A stretch of 64,000 nt of DNA, taken from assembly GCF_009834535.1 (NCBI RefSeq), contig NC_045697.1, forward strand, positions 77,006,001 through 77,070,000, in the 5' to 3' direction. How positions within the stretch are numbered: the first letter of the stretch is position 1; each line of letters opens with the position of its first letter. The DNA is from Camelus ferus (Eukaryota). The notes under the pieces are model-generated. The model saw nothing but the letters and a program-made list of their open reading frames with translations. It ran no database searches and had not been told where the DNA came from. Both the position numbers and the translations under genes were made by a program. Below, piece after piece: positions 37,151 to 50,766 of the stretch.

Positions 37151-39639
37151 TAAATTTGTGCTGCCCAGTTCACCCACCTCCCACTGCACTGAGATAGCTT
37201 TCAGCTTCCCATCACACCCTCTATCCCTGCACCCCCAGTAGCCCCATCTTAGCAGCATCACTGTACTAGTTAGTATTTACATCAAAACTAAATTCACAAC
37301 TCATGGGTCTGGTATCACCTTATATGTAAAGAAATGATATTGCACTGTTAGTCTTCTTAGACTTCCCATATTTAACTTTTCCTAACTTGGAGCTGGTTGA
37401 TTAAACAAAATCATGTATATACATCTGGTGCTAGTGCTGTGAACGTGCAAATTTTATAAACCTTTTATTTCAAGAATATTGCTGTATTAGATGCTAAAAT
37501 ATAAAGAACACTTTGAAATGATTAAAAGTAAAGTGGATGGGGAGGAGATGGCAATATTAGAGACTTACTGCTTTACGACAAGAAGTATGACTTCAGCACC
37601 ATAATACCGGAGCTACAGAGGGAAGGATTAAAGCTTAATGTAAGTGCATGATATCAAGTCCCTCTAAGATCTGCTTCTTATTAAACTTAACTGAAAGAGA
37701 ATTCATTCACATTCTTCTTCCTAAATGTAGTTCCTTTTACTAGAAAAGAGATCACATCCATTTTTACGTAGTTGATTTCCATCTAAAGCATTTCTCAGTG
37801 CTAAATTCAACTTTTTCCAAAAGCAGAAGAAAGAGAAGACATTTCAAAGAAAACACTTCAGGTAAGACCTTATTTTCTTTTCAGATCCACCTTCATGTTC
37901 ATTTATTCTTCTTTGCTTAAATGTTAGAGCACCTATTTAATACTCACAGAGTCATGAGGAATAAAGTAGAGGATTACAACATGCCTGGTTTCAAATAACT
38001 TTTGGCTTACAGGACATAAGTAGTAAATATTCATAAAGAAAACCTTTATTTGTAACCCCTAACTTTTTTCTATAAAGAAAAAATATCCTTAGTTTTCTCT
38101 CTCTTCTGGATAAAGAATTTTATTATTCACTTGAACTACAGCAAAGTATTTGCAAGTTTTCTTCCAGCCACAATTTCTCCCTTGATTAAGATTTCCATCT
38201 ACTAGTTTGTATACCATTATGCATTTTCTCAAAAATCTGGTTTGATTATGCTTCCTTTCGTAAATAACCAAAGGCCAGAGTTTTGTTTCTGTGTAAATGA
38301 ATCTTTCTCTCTGACTCTGTCTCTCTCTCTTTCTCTTTCTTTCTCTTCTTTCTGACCGTGAAGGCTAGGAAAAAATGGGCAGTGGTTTAAATTCCTTATT
38401 TAACTCAATATTCCAATTTGAATGCAAATTTTAAATCTTTCACAAGGGGTCAATTTTACCATCTGGAGTGCAAGAATATATCCTTTAACTTTAAGCAGTG
38501 ATTTTGAGAGCTAAATTTGGGCTTATTTTCCCTTTGCCATTTCTATAGCTTCTGTTTTTAGCCAAAGAAAAACACATTATTCCATTGATTAAAATTAATG
38601 CCTCTCTGGCAGGTATCTGTAAGTCTATTAGACTCCTGAACTATCATTTGTGGGTTTTAATTGACTTTTCCTAGACTTCATTTAACCACATATACACAAG
38701 TCACTCTATTCTCCCCTTGAGTCATGCAGTTAGCTCCTATTAACACTAGTGGAATTTATAAGCATGCACGCTGAGGAAGAATAAGCCCCTTAAACACCTT
38801 TTTAATGGAACAGTTTTGTTTCTTTCCATTCCTCTTCACACTCCTCTGTTTGGACTTTCTCTTACCAGCATGTGCTTCCAAATTAATGTAGTTCTGATTT
38901 CTTTTTCAGCTCTTATACTTTATTCTTTATTGAACTCCAGTGCTCCAAGTAGGACTTGATTTCCCCTCTTCTACTGATCATTCCTGGAAAAACCAGCATG
39001 ACGAAATCATTATTACTGTATTAGATTTTCTGGTTTCAGAGTGAAATTCAGATGTTGCTTTCGTTCCAGTCCTGTAGTTCCCAGCAAATATATTTTACCC
39101 ACAGACTATTTTTTATCCTCCTGAATACTTAACTAGCCAGAAGTCAATTAAGATAATGAATATTTACCCAGGAGGCTAAAGAGTTTTCCACTTTAACATG
39201 AAAATAAATAGGCATGTTTTCAGACTCTCCTACTTCATAATGTTTTTATTTGTTTACACTTTAGGGAGGTTTTTTTCATTTTTTAAAGTACCTATGACAT
39301 AGGACTCTAGCAACATGTTCAAATTTAGAACAGGAAAGTAACAGGAAAATAAACAGTGCCATAGGAACTATAAATCCACAGGAAGTAACGCTACACCTCC
39401 AATTCATGTGCTAACAATCATATTTTTGTTTAGCTCTTAGAAATGTATTATTCTTTATTGTTCTTATAATAGCTTTATCGATGGGCTTAACAAGCCAGCT
39501 TTGTTTTCCTTTCTCGTTTGTAAAGTAAAGGACTGGCAAAGACTGTTCTGACTAAGCGCTTAGTGGAGTGCCAGACATAAAGCATGAATTTGACGCATGT
39601 GAAATTGCCATTTTGGTAGGTCAAAAATAGTTGAATAAG

Positions 39640-39734
39640 AAGGGGTGGGTATACTTCAGTGGTAAAGCATGGGCTTAGCATGTATAGGGTCCTGGGCTCA
39701 ATCCCTGGTACCTCCATTAATTAATTAAAGAAAG
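39640..39734 (+). mobile_element. camelid-type SINE, short-tailed
   Basis: tRNA head. Perfect 17-bp TSD AAAAATAGTTGAATAAG at 39623-39639 and 39735-39751. Confidence 0.88.
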
Positions 39735-41498
39735 AAAAATAGTTGAATAAGTGTTGGAACACTGTATGATGAAAACATGTTTTAAAAAAATGAATGAATG
39801 ATGTCTCAAGTCTAGAATTTAATTTTTACTCTATCTTCAAAAATTAAAAATATAGAGTAATTAGGTTAAGGTAGTAAAAATATGCATTAAGCAATAGAGT
39901 TTTTCCAATCATTTAATGGAATAAAACTAAAACTGATTAGTCTCTGTTGTCTTCATTTTTTTTGGCATAACGCCAGAGTACAGCAAATCCAGTGATGAAT
40001 TGCTACTCTAAAGGTAAGCTTAAACTTTACATTATAAAAGGATGACATTCTGATCTGTTTGAACATTTAGAAAGTGAAATTTCTGTATGACCGGTCTGAT
40101 GGCACATGTGTAAAGAATTGAGGATAAATAGGTGATAAACTGAATATGTAAAAGTTAAAAAACATTATGCAAAAATGAGCCAAAATTATAGTCTATTACT
40201 TAGCTGTTCAGTGAATAATATTCAGATATCACAATAATTTGATCTGCCTTATCCTGAAATATTATATGAAAATGTAATTGTCAATACTGGCAGGAACAGC
40301 TCAAAATGTTGAAGATTATGTCTGGACTCTGGAAGTAGGGGTATAATAGGATAAGAGGGGAATTGCTGCTTATAATTATGACCTTCTGAACTGTGGGAAA
40401 ACCCACTGATGACACACCCCACAAAAACATGAATTCCAATGTAATTGAATAAAGGTGATTGGTTCCTCTGCTCTGTCTAGACTCATCCTAATTATTTTGT
40501 TACCTGCACAATACTGCCACCCTGTTTTATAACCAATTAAATTTTTTAAGACTCAGTTTAGAGTTTTATGTGGGATTTCATATAATTTGCATTTTAACTA
40601 TGTACATATGTTAGTTTGATAAAAGTAAAAATTAACTTGGAAAAACTTGAATTTCATATTGAAACTATCCCAGTTTTACTCTCCTAAGAGCTCGACTCCA
40701 AGTGGGAAGATGAGAGGCTAGAGTGGAAAAGAAGGAGAACCCAGCCCCCTCCCAAGTGACTTTGATTTGACTTCCCAGTCTTCTTTTCTTTCTCTGATTC
40801 CTGTTTTCAGCCACCTTCTTCTCACAGCTGACTGGCAGGATGGGGTGAGGCACTTCAGGTAGAATGGCCAGAATGAATGGAATAAGGAAAAAGCTTTCAA
40901 GTTCATTAGTTTTCCTGCTGTAAGCCTCAGTGCAACCTCATTATTTTGACATTAAATTTTGCATAGATGCAATAAAATAATCTTCTTTATGTTGTAGTGA
41001 TATTAAAAAGTATGAGAGAGTAATAGAGTTCATGACTTTGTATTCACTGGCTTTCAAGGTTGGAAAATTTTAACTCTGCAGTAATGCATCTACAGATTTT
41101 TTCATTAATATATTCTCCATGATGTCTAATTTATTATGGAAATATGTCCTTTATTAGAATAATTAATCAGTTTGGGGCACATTCTGAAGCTGCGATATCT
41201 GGAGTCCTTGCATACAAAGTTGAGCATTAGGCACTAAGTATGGTACTTAGTACTTACTTAATCAGAAAAGCGTTTAGGTTCAGTCTTGGAGTTGAAGGAG
41301 GATCATAATGTTAAAATGGCTTTTAACATTAGTCCTCTGATGACTCAAGAGAGAAAGGGGCTCAGATGGTGGGGGCCAAAGCAGAAGCAAAATAATTCAA
41401 AAGGGGAAAAGATAGAATAGGTAATATTCAAACAGAAAAAAACTTCAGTGGACCCTTATCTAAGAAAGTCTTCTCTATTGGTCAGAAATGACAGGCCC

Positions 41499-41832
41499 GG
41501 ATGTGAGGGAGATCTGGCTGTGACATCTGTCACCCCATTGATCGCCAGGGTTGATTTGGCTGATCTGGCTGGCTAGGCGGGTGTCCCTTTCCTCCCTCCC
41601 CACTCCACGTGCATCTCTCCAGAAGCTGCGTTCTGGGTGGAAGAAGATGACCATCCCCGATAGGGGAGGACCGTTCTTCTCCGTCAAGGGTATATGAGTA
41701 GCTGTGCTCCCCTGCCAGAACCTCGAAACAAGCTCTCAGGGTCCATTTGTAGGAGAACAGTAGGGTAGTCAAGCTTCCAAGACTCCAGACACATCCAAAT
41801 GAGGCACTGCATGTGGCAGGTTGCCTTTCTTT
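41499..41832 (+). pseudogene. RN7SK (pseudogene): full-length 7SK snRNA retropseudogene
   Basis: Collinear with 7SK from GGATGTGAGG to GCCTTTCTTT, with many CpG-type transitions. A-rich tail. TSD AGAAATGACAGGCCC (41484-41498) / AGAAATGGCAGACCC (41851-41865). Confidence 0.95.
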
Positions 41833-42089
41833 AAAAAAAGAAAGAAAGAAAGAAATGGCAGACCCCTCCCCGGTCTACTGAGAGTCCTCTGGGGGTGAAA
41901 ACCTACAGCAGCCCCAGAATAACCTTTCACTCAAGTTCCAGTTAGAGTTCCAAAGTGCTGGCCACTGGCACCCTACTACTACAAAAGAGGTGCTTCCAGA
42001 CCATTGCTCTAACTTGCTCATTCAGAAACCCTTTTCCTATGAGTCCTACAGTAACTTTTTGTAATAATTTTCTCAGAGAACAAGTGAAG

Positions 42090-42330
42090 CATATTGTGAT
42101 TAGGATATGAACTTTTGAACTATACCTCTGGGTTTAAACCCCATCTTCTCTATTTATTGGGTATGTGACCTTGGCAAATTATTTAACCTCTCTGGGTCTC
42201 AAGTTCCTCCTCTGTAAAATGAAAGAAATAATAGTACCTATTTCATAGACTTTCTATGAGCATTAAATGACTTATCACATAAAACAGAGCAGTGCCAGGC
42301 ACATAATAAGCACTATATAAATGTCAGCTG
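42090..42330. mobile_element. MIR SINE
   Basis: tgtgaccttggcaaattatttaacctctctg..., ctgtaaaatg, aataatagtacct core. Confidence 0.75.
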
Positions 42331-43940
42331 TTGTTAAACAGGCTGAACTTAGCAGGGTTTCTCTCTGTCTCTCTGTCACTCTCTCACACACACACAAAGC
42401 CAGACAGACATACACACCCAGAGACACACACACAGTCCCTTTAAATCCAATCTAAGAACTAGTTTCTTCCTATCCTTTGGATGAAATCATGAACTGGTCC
42501 TATAATGTTTCCATCATTTTCTTCCTGACTCCAATCATTGTCCCAAGAAGCTGTATTTGGATAATTAAGAGATCCAGTAGTGTGAAATCATCAAAATGTC
42601 CAACTTTTGTCTAATACAGAGACTTTCCTCTACCAGTTCAAAACCCTTTAGACCTGGAAGGCTTTGTGTGGTGGATGGAGTGGGAGAGAATGTGAAGGGT
42701 CAGTTTTTGGTCTCCCTCCCAATTTCACTTCCTCCTGTCCCAGCATCCTGTCAGCATCCTTGACTTTTCTGAAGTCTGTACTGGGGGGAGGGTATTATGG
42801 GAAAGCCCACAGTGATGGTTATGATGGCTGGAGCAGTTGTGATCTGACATTGAAACACTCTGAGCTTGGCAGTTGATTAGAGCTGCAGCTTTCTCTAATG
42901 GAGTAGTTTTGAAGTTTTCTCAGAGTCTACATTTTTTAAAGGAAGAGGACTTTTTCTCTGCTGGTCACTAATAACCCCAACTCTAATCCCCTGAGCACTT
43001 GCCAGTACACTCCAGACTCTTCTACTGGGGTTTCATCACTCTCCAAGTAACCTTCTTGGCAAGATGACTTTGAGTTGATTTCAGGCTGAGTCTACTCCCC
43101 TGTCCCCAATCCCAATGGATTCACGTGCTTCAGAGAAAAACTCCTGAGTCCTTTCCTTGCAGTAAGTGAAAGTACATGGCTCTTCCTTTTAGTCTTCTCA
43201 GTTGTGTGTCAGTATCAGCACACATGCATCCTCAACTTCAAGGGGCAAGTTTCCAGGTGGGCTCCTTGAAGTCTCTCTTAGATAGATTGTGGTGTGAATG
43301 TGTACAGCCCAAACACACCTGCTCCCTTCTCCCATGGGAGAACTGATTACTTATACCTCAGGCCTCTCCCCAAAAATCTTTTCTCCCAGCTTCTTTGCCC
43401 TCCATCATGTAGCATGTCCTGAAAGGACAGTTCACTACCCTCCTCAGCTCATGGTTGTGACTGGCCATGTACTGTTTCGTTCTCAGCCTTTGCAGCCTCA
43501 GCCAAAACTGTGATTGGAAGTGTCCTATCATATTGTGCCACACTTGTTTTTAACAACTGCTCACCTCCAAGCCACTCTCCACATTCCCTGAGGTCTTTGA
43601 CTGCTAGATCAGTCTTTTTCTACATCCAGATGCCTCTTTCAGTAGAGGGATTTAAATTATGTGAATTTAATTATACATGCTTGTGAAGTAAGGGGTGGGG
43701 ATCGTGAAAAGATAAATAATTTAAACAATGCCTGCAGTTCTGTGTCCATTCCTCTCAGTGAATTTATAACCCTGTGTAAGCTTGAGTTGAATAAGATCTG
43801 CTGTTTCCTAGGCCACATTCTGTTCTTGACACTCTTAAAATGTAAGCATCCCACCTTTTTAAGTATAAGTCTGTTATCTAAGATACATGTTTTTCATACA
43901 ATAGCCCCTAAATGCAAGTCAACTCTTGAATGTGGTTCTT

Positions 43941-44352
43941 TTTTCAAAATTTTTTTATTGAAGTGTAGTTGATTTACAATATTAGTTTTAGGTGTACAGC
44001 AAAGTGATTCAGTTATACATATACATACATACTTTTTAACTTTTCAGATTATTTTCCATTATATGTTATTACAAGAAATTTAGTATAGTTCCCTGTGCTA
44101 TACAGTAGATCCTTGTTGTTTATCTGTTTTATGTATAGTAATATGTGTCTGTTAATCCCCAATCCCTAATTTATCACTCTCCGCCCTTTCCTCTTCGGTA
44201 ACCATAGTTTGTTTTCTATGTCCATGAGGCTGTTTTTGGCTTATAAAATAGAATTTGTATCATTTTTTTTAAGATTCCACATAAAAGTAATATCATATGA
44301 TATTTGTCCTTCTCTGTCTGACTTATTTCATTCAATATGATAATCTCTAGGT
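43941..44352 (-). mobile_element. 5'-truncated L1 3' end
   Basis: L1 3' UTR in reverse. Perfect 15-bp TSD TTGAATGTGGTTCTT at 43926-43940 and 44353-44367. Confidence 0.88.
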
Positions 44353-44458
44353 TTGAATGTGGTTCTTAATGAAAAAACACTGATCTTTTTCAAAGTTGGA
44401 GAGAAAACTAAAACACAACTAGCTTGTGTAAAAAGAAAGAGAGAGAGAGAACACTGAG

Positions 44459-44577
44459 TAGGGTGACCAGCTCACTCTGATTTTCTTAGGACTTTCCTGG
44501 TTTTAGCAATAGAAGCCCCACATCCTGGGCAGCCCCCTCCCCCAGTCCCAGACAAACAGGAAAGGTTGCTCACTCTC
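44459..44577. mobile_element. MER81-like hAT-Blackjack element
   Basis: TAGGGTGACCA left terminus, internal ggactttcc.ggttttagca, degenerate GGTTGCTCACTCT right terminus. Confidence 0.7.
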
Positions 44578-47500
44578 ATAGCAGAATCCAGGCATCGGAA
44601 GGAGCAGAGGTTCTTGGAAGAGTGTGAGGCTGTGTCTGAACACACTCCAGCCCTGGTTCCATCTGACATTCCTCAACATCAGTCTCTCCCAGGTCACCTC
44701 CTGCCTTTCTCATTGCTTTTGGCTCAGGTGACAGAAAGAGAAATAAACCTCAGCTGAGCCTAGCCAGAGGACTAGAAGGCTGGGTTACTAATATTTTATG
44801 CAAAATATTTTTAAGGGATTTCTAGAACTTTTCAATGTGTGTTTCTCAGACTCTTTTACACCACAAGGAGGAAAAGGAGATGAGCCACAGATAGCAGAGT
44901 GGTCTGCCCTTAGCCACACAATAATTATGGGGAAGATCTACTATTTCCTGTTCTTGGCCTAGCTTACTGAGCCATTCTGTCTTAGTAAGTTACTTAACCC
45001 TATCTGGGCCTCAGTTTCGTTTTGTTTACAAATAAACTTTTTCAAAAAGAGATCATCTCTTTTTAGCTAAGCCATTGAGTGGTGGTGAGGGTCAAATATG
45101 GAAAATGTGCTAAGTCGTGTGAAAAATCCCTACTCAGGCCTCTTTCCTCCAGCTCTCCAGGCCACTCTCACTACCACTCCTTGGGCCTAGTCATATGCTT
45201 ATTTTCTCTGTCCCAAGCACTAAAACCCACCTGTCGAGATTCCTTAACATTTGTTTCCTTGTGAATGTCAAAAGAAGACCAAGTAATGTGAAAAGAAATC
45301 ACACTCTTGACTACCAGATGAAGGTAAATAGTTGAATGTTAATAAATTGACTCATCTTAAATAAAGCATCTTTAAACAGAAACACACACAAAACAAAGTT
45401 AAGTATTGCTTGATTGATGAAAATGTGACCAGAGGCTCCCAGAAACCTAGCCCTATATTTGGTTCAGTATTCACTAACTGAGTGTTTGTGATGACCTGAT
45501 AGGACAAAACTACCACAAATAACAAGACTTGACTTGTGTGTGTGTCTGTGTGTGTGTGTGCATGTGTAGTGTGTGTGTTCATAAAATAATAAGCCAGTTT
45601 TTTCCAAGGACCAGTTTATGGCTGCCTTCAATGTATATATTTTGTTCCTGAGTCTTTAAGAAGAGGATGGGGTGATCCTTTCCATGGGGAAAAAATTTTC
45701 TAGATCATCTAGATGAACACAGAGAGCTAATTATACAGAGGATGAAATTGCAAAAGCCAAAGTGGATTTTTAGCAAAAATAGAAGCTAACAGTTCATTGG
45801 TTCAGCGGAGTAGCTGGTAGACCAAAGTGACAACCAGAAATTGCTGGATGAAAGTGCGGTTTTTGTATTGTTTTGGACTCCTGCCAATTTACCCGGCTAC
45901 CATAAAACTCCTGGTGAGGTTCATTAACTACACATCATCCTTATCTAGCCATGTAGTAAATAGGAGGAAAGTTCCAGAGTTGACACTGCAGACTGGAGGC
46001 AGGATGAGTGGAGGTGATCTCTGGAAAAGGGAAGGCAGAGCAGGACAGTGAAATGAGACTTGCTGTTATAATTGCAAGCTCACTTAACTCTTATTAATCA
46101 ATTAGGCAGCTTATTCCTCAAAATTATAAAATGAATGTTGTTGCTCACCAGCATGAAACTTTGGAACCAGCAGACCTCAGTTTGAACCTCAGATCCACTA
46201 TTTTCTAACTTAGGAGGCCCAGGCAAGCCACTCAACCTTAGTCTCCTGATTGGTAAAAGTCAGGAACTAATGCGTACCTCAGAATATTGTTTTTGTGTTC
46301 AAAGGATGTAGCCTGTGCACATCCTTTAGCAAATACTTCTCTGCTAAGCCTGCAGTAAGTTCTCAGTAAGCGACAGCTATGATGAATACTCCCCAGCTTT
46401 TTCTTTCTCTTCAATAGAGAGAAACTCTTAGCTAACAAGTGTCCCAAGATAGGATTCTTTCAGTACATATTTTAATACTTTGAGAAGAATATAAGAATTT
46501 AGTGAGTTTCATTTCAATTATAAGAATCATATTAATTTTCAATCCCTGTACATTTTAATATCATTGGAAGGTGGTGAGACAGGAAAAAAAATAGCTTATT
46601 TTAAAAGTTTCTAATGGCAGGCATTTGGAAACCATCTCAGAACATGTTGAAAACTTTGGCTGAGGAAAGCAGAATTTTGTCACTGAGGCCAAGGGGGAGA
46701 TTTAGAGATAAGAAATCTAAAACAATGGGTTGACACATTCATGTATTCGGTTACCACTCACTGAGTGTTTACCATGGGCCAGGCCTTGTCCTAGGCACTG
46801 GGAATTTAGCTCTGAACAACACAGACATGAGCCCTGCCCATTGGTCTTGTGGGTGAGGAGGAAGAGAAAAGCATAAAACAATTACACAAACAGCTATACA
46901 CCATAAGAAGTGTCGCTCACATCAGGAACACGTGTGATCCAGTCAGCGTGGTTGCAAAGAACATAGTCCAGGAACTAACAGGTAATTCCAGCATAACAAT
47001 GGGGAGGAAATACTTATCTTCAGCAATATGTCCACAAGTTCCCTCTCTTCTGTCACCTGCCTCATTCCTGAAAGCCACAAAACATCAGCCCCCAGCCTGA
47101 GGCCACGTGGGTCCTTTATTTCTGCTTGTGCCCCATTTCTCACCTCCCTGTTGTCTTCTCCACTTCTGCTTTCCCCCCATAGTATTTCTAAATCCCCCTA
47201 GATGGGGGAAGTGGAAGAAACAAACGCTTTAGCAGTTGAGAGAGAAAAGGTGGGGGATCATCCTGTGGTAGAGACATTTATCTCTGCACAGGAGGAAAGC
47301 TACAGCGTTTCGTCTAAGTGTTTAATAGGAACAGCTACCAGACTGGTACAATGGAGAAAGGTCCCTGGGAAAACATTGAAGTTGAGACTGAAAGGAGAAA
47401 GGGTTAGGCGAGAGAACAAAGAAAATGAGACTTTGTGCGGGAGGGAGAAAGGAGCAGTGTGGGAGGATCAGAGAGAAGGTTAGGTAACACGTGATCCGCC

Positions 47501-50500
47501 CAGAGCAGAGCAATCTGGGAGACGAGGCTGGATGGGCAGGGAGGGATCAGGTCATACGGGGTTTTCTTCTCCCTAAAGGAAACCACTCATGAGTATTTAT
47601 TTCATATCTATGAATATAAACATTCTTTGTACTTTTCAGTTCGAATTTTGTCAGTATTTTTGGTAAATACTATTCTTTTAAAGCCAAGATCTGTGATCTT
47701 TTACTCTAAACCTCTCTTATCCACTGTCACAACATTCACAAAAGGTTTTTATTTTCGGGAGGAGAGTGATCTGTATCCATTCTTTTTTTTTTTTTTAATT
47801 CACTTTTCTTTAGGGGAGAAATATCAAATAGGAAAAGTGAATATATCCTACACCTATGCAAACTGATCCTAGTTTGAATTGCTATAGACTCTGTGCTGAA
47901 ATGAATACCTTAAATTAAATAAGATTGTTCCAAGGAATATAGCATAACCGTAGCCCAAAATGCAGCTTTCCTTGACCATATCATGAAACCCAGAATGGAC
48001 CTGTGACATAGGTTAGTTTTTAAACATTCAAATCCACAAATTTTTATCTTCCTCTATGCTTGTGACAGAGATTCTTTTTCTCTGTTCACAGTGAATGGTT
48101 GTGCTCAGCAGGAAAAGAAACCAGTCTCTCATACTATTCTTTTCCTAAACACCTGGTGGTTCAGTTTTAACAAGGTGACTGGTTTCCACCATAACTCAAC
48201 TATTTTTCCACTTGGCTGGGTCCCCCTGGACCTTAAAGTAAAAATCTATGAAACATTAGCTTTCCTACTAGCACCATGCAGGGTTTTTCACCTACATCGT
48301 GCCACTAATTTATGTGTGATTCTGTGTGAATAATGCAAATGGGGATTCCTTCCTGTGCGTTTCCTTTTAAAGATCTACTGGATATACCAAGAGACAGTAT
48401 CATTCAGATCTCTCTGCTTCTGTGTTCTGTGTTCTATCAAAACCTGTATTTCACTGATTTCTAAGCACAGGTAGAACTCTTGTGTCTTCTGCTGGCCCCT
48501 TTGCTAGTTTATTGTGCATTTAGGGTAACCATAAAGTGAAAAGCTTTTCCAAGTTCCCTTTAATTGATACGATTTTAGAATAATGGATGCCAGTGACCTC
48601 TCAGACCAAAGTCCTGTCAAGTATAACTAACAGGAAAGAGGTTGTCCCACGTTTGCAGCCACTCTTCCAGAGGCTGTAGAAATGCAGGGGAGGAATGACC
48701 CCCATGTCGAACAACCAGGTTTCATATTTTATGTGCAGCAGTAAAGAGTTTACCTTGTCCTTAGTGAAAGTGTTTCCAGTTTGAGACCAGATGGGCCATA
48801 AACACCAGATAAATAACTACTGGCTTTAACCATTCTTAATTAAATGGAGAGCTGAGAAGTGAACCACAATGTCTTCCTCCTTGTCTGGCCATAGAGGGAA
48901 CAATACTAGATACTTTGAGGTTCCAAAGAAAAGACTTGTCCTTAGACCCAGGTAAAAAGCCCCTTGTCCAAAGCTTTGTGCTGAAGAGGGCCCTACTCTG
49001 GCTCTCTCCAGTCCTCCCCATCCCTGTATCACAGAGGAAGGGGATGTGTCCCCTCAGAGCCTAAGCTTTCCTCTGGACCACTTTCTGAATTCTAGGACCA
49101 CAGAACTCCAAGCCCAAAGAGTCCTCAACCTGCTTCCAGAATTCCTAGGCCTAAGGTGGCCAAGGGGCAGCTATCAGCAAGGAGGTGTGGATGGAGCCTA
49201 GATGTGTGAGTTGGGGCATCCACACACGAGCACAGGAATCCCCCAGCTGTACGGACCAGAGCCAGTGATGGGAGAAGAAGGGCACTAACTTCCTTCACAC
49301 GTCCATGCTCTGGTAGGAAAGTCCAGGTTAGGAGCAAGAACATCACCTATTTAACAGTTTGTTAACTTGATTTATAACTGATAAACATTTAGATACATGA
49401 TGTGTGGGCCTTCATTTCTATTCTTATCCCAAACCTCACAAATGGGAGGGGTGGGCCTTTAGAGGAACATATTGAGTTCAGAGAAATGCCTGACTAATGA
49501 TAACTTGGGAAACTTTATATTCTTTTCCAAACACAAATCACCAGGACTGACTGTAATACGAAAGATGGGAGGGTGGGAAGGAGGAATAAAGCGCCACCAT
49601 TTAGATCAAACAGTAGCTTCAATCTCTTAAGTTGTGCTCTTTGTTCATAAAGCACGGGGAGCCAGAGAGAACATTCCTCTCTCTGCCACAAGAATTCCAT
49701 CTGTAGAACAGGGGCTCACAGGCTGCCAGCTGCTCTTCACTCCCCTGTTGTAAGAATGCAGCTGAGGTTGAAAACTTGTCACCAAGTTGGAGCCAATATC
49801 CACCTGTCCCTCTTGTCAGTCTCCTTCTCTAAAGTCTTCCTGGGATTTAAAAACTAGAGCCATAAAAGTGGGATTTGCCTTGAGTCTTTCTAGAGCAGCT
49901 ATCCACCATGCACGCGTGCATCACATATCCCAGGATGACGGTGTCTCTTTAAAATTGTGATATTTAAATAAAATAACAGCTGTGCAGGACTATGAACAGC
50001 CATTACACGTATTCTTAGGAATTGTTTTCTTATTCAAATCATGGGGTGTGGATTTTATGTTTTAATTAAACCTCCTTCCCCCCAAAAAAAGAATGATAAA
50101 AGAAGAGAGATATTCATTTATAATTTATAGAAATATTCTATCAGTAAATTAAGTCTATTTCTCATAAATAAAAAGTAAATATGTATAATTATATATGTCA
50201 TGAGTATAGGCTTTTTTCCCTATGGTAGGAAAGAAAATGCTTTTGTGTGCTATGCATATTCATAGACTATTAATAGCTAATATATTTTGAAAATATTTAT
50301 ATCCTGAAGAGATTTTGCTTCAGTGTTTAAATTGTATTTCAAAACATGTTTATCTTTTCATCAGATCATTAGCAGGAAGAAATGATTATAACATATTTTT
50401 TAAAAACCAAACTAATTCTTTGGAAGAAAAGTGCCATATAAAAATATTTTACATAACCTCACAACTTTTGTCTAAAATCAAAGAGTGGGCTTAGGTAACT

Positions 50501-50718
50501 CATGAGGTGAAATTCCATCAGGGTCTAAAAAGTGTCAGTAGGGAATAGACAATCAGCCCAACTCCAGCTATGAATCCACATGCAAGGCCACAGGGTAGCA
50601 GACGGGAATAGGGTGACCTGAGCTCCAGTCCAGGCACTGTTGGGGAACAGGGAGCAAGTCACTCATACATCTTGAAATACTTCCCTTGTTCCATGGCTGC
50701 CCCTGTTGCAAACAAATG

Positions 50719-50766
50719 GTGTGTGTGTGTGTGTGTGTGTGTGTGCACGTGCGTGTGTGTGTGTGT
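50719..50766. repeat. (TG)n microsatellite, interrupted
   Basis: Directly visible. Confidence 0.9.
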
